This document shows positions 62,000 through 64,000 of a stretch of 64,000 nucleotides of DNA, piece after piece; position 1 is the first letter of the stretch, and each line of letters opens with the position of its first letter. Source of the DNA: Eledone cirrhosa. Lineage: Eukaryota. The stretch lies in assembly GCA_964016885.1 (NCBI GenBank), contig OZ024746.1, positions 84,444,001-84,508,000 of the forward strand, in the 5' to 3' direction. The notes under the pieces are model-generated. The model was not told the origin of the DNA. It ran no database searches and worked only from the letters and a program-made list of their open reading frames with translations. The translations under genes were made by a program, and so were the position numbers.

Positions 62000-62182
62000 A
62001 TTTTATGTGAAAACGGCCCTGATAAACTAGAAGTTGGTTCTTGGCCAGTTGTCTGTCAGTTCTCTAGCATTGGTTCACTTGGACCTACTGCAGAAAAATG
62101 GTTGTGTGGAGAATTTCACCAGAGTTTGGCAGCCTGCCGTGCTAGTGTATTACCCATGTCAGCACCTGAAAAGATGAAACTG
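62000..62182 (+). CDS. TDP1: TDP1 coding exon (183 nt); the gene continues beyond the window
   Basis: ttttcAG|ATT...CTG|GTGAGC. Encodes [29 protein letters not shown] (TDP1 [25 protein letters not shown]). Confidence 0.96.
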
Positions 62183-63053
62183 GTGAGCAAACACGACATA
62201 TTCTCTCTTTTGTAGTGGATCTTGATCTTGTGTGTAGGTAAATGTGTATTATGAGTGTGTCTGTTGTGTTGTCCATGTTGCATTGTGTGTTTGTTTTGCA
62301 TTAACTGTATGTATATGTGTTATATTGTCTGTGTGTTACATTGTCTGTATATGTGTCACATTGTTTGTGTGTATATATGTTACATTGTCTGTGAGTGTGT
62401 GTTATGTCTTTTGTGTGTGTATGAGTCTCACTGAGTGTATCTATGAATATGTTAAGATGATTAGGTGTAAGCCTTTGATATGTGAATAAAATCTGCTGTC
62501 AAAAGACAGCTGAAGTTGTTGCATATTAATCATTATGAAGTTAACATCTAATCTAATCTCATCAATTTCAAGTTCAAAGTATAATCAGTGGTTTGTCTCA
62601 GAGTAATCTCCCTTGATAATCGTCCACTTCAGTTTCTATCAAAATCAATGTATATCATCACGACCATATTTATCATCAATTTTATGCCTGCTTTTCCACA
62701 CTTGCATGGTTTGGGATTATTTGAGGCAGGGTTTCTATGGCTATTGTATATAGTGCTAATGTTCATTGAACTTCTTTGCTGCAGGACGTATTGTTTACAG
62801 ACGGCTTAAACAATGTCATTGCAGGTGTTTATAAATAGCAGTTGAACTGAAATCATTTAGGGTTGAGAGGGTTAGTCATTTGTTGGAGACATAATAAAAA
62901 ACACTCAGTACACTCTATAAAACGGTTGATATTAGGAAAGGAACCCAGCCATAAAAACTGTGCCAAAAAATGGAATGTATGAGTGAGATGAGATGCTTCA
63001 GTCTGTCCATTCTCAAACTGAAAATGAAACACCAATTTTCTCATCTCTCAACA

Positions 63054-63099
<46 letters not shown>

Positions 63100-63681
63100 A
63101 TGATGATGATGATATATATATATATATATGTGTGTGTGTGTCTTTTGTACTTTTGATTTTCACAAAATATGTGAGCAACTATTTGAAATTCATGAGTCAG
63201 AGTATTTCTTTAGACGATATTATGCCTAGAAGATCTGCCTCTGTTGAGACTTCTTAAATGGCAGCAAAGAGAAATAGCTACCACTAGAAAACCTAATGTG
63301 TCCACTTTTGTTGTTGATCTCTACAGCTGTCATTGGATAAAATTATCTTACTAACTCTGAATATTTCATTCCAATTACACTATCTTCCATGCTAACATTA
63401 TGTAAGGTTGTCTCCCTTGCATCCATTGATTGACTCAGTATGGAAAAGTGGACTTAAAACGATAAAAAGTATTCTCTTATTCTTTTGCTTGTTACTGTCA
63501 TTGGACTTCGGTATTTGGTAATTATATTATCGATCCTGGAAGGAGAAAGGCAAAGTTGAATTGGGTGGGATTTGAACTTGGTCATGGGATTTAACCAAAT
63601 AACACAAGCTACTTTGTCCAATGCACTGTAGAATCTGCCCCCCCCCCATTTGTTGATATATATATATATATGCACACACAC

Positions 63682-63729
<48 letters not shown>

Positions 63730-64000
63730 TCTTATGCACACACACATATACATATATTAACACACATATATAACGAATGAAAACAAGGCAAAACAAAGAA
63801 CATTTTTTTGAAGGGAAACCTTAAAACTGACACAGAATCCAAGGTCTACAGCCATCGAGATGGGTTTCTGGCAGTTTCAACCCCTACCAACGGTACTGCT
63901 GGCCTACCCAGGGTCACAGCATATGACACAAGTAAAAGACAAGACAAAAAAATGTATAGCAATTAAGCCATTGTACTTTTATAGCAACGGAAGTCTTGTG

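Overview
AT-rich, repeat-dense metazoan genomic DNA, not prokaryotic. The (TA)n/(CA)n microsatellites, SINE families and RTE LINEs resemble a coleoid cephalopod such as octopus, but that assignment is inference. The one well-supported host gene is tyrosyl-DNA phosphodiesterase 1 (TDP1) on the + strand. Ten phase-compatible GT-AG coding exons from 33354 to 62182 encode a long Ser/acidic disordered N-terminus, a PBZ (poly-ADP-ribose-binding) zinc finger and the first half of the PLD-like catalytic domain with the first H-x-K motif; the 3' part lies beyond the window. The rest is mostly mobile DNA: a 3035-bp Buster-type hAT transposon with intact TIRs and 8-bp TSD nested in an RTE LINE, RTE LINEs (one family has a PHD finger inside the RT region), CR1, Tx1/L1-like, Penelope, CRE-like and mariner remnants, TTAA MITEs, several SINE families and a 2.3-kb purine-rich minisatellite. 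The most unusual signal is RNA-structural: several minimal type I hammerhead-ribozyme motifs, four fold-back palindromes whose axis falls on what looks like hammerhead stem II, and HDV-like ribozyme folds in RTE 5' UTRs. All structures and alignments were read by eye; repeat boundaries are approximate unless TIR, TSD or splice sites are cited.
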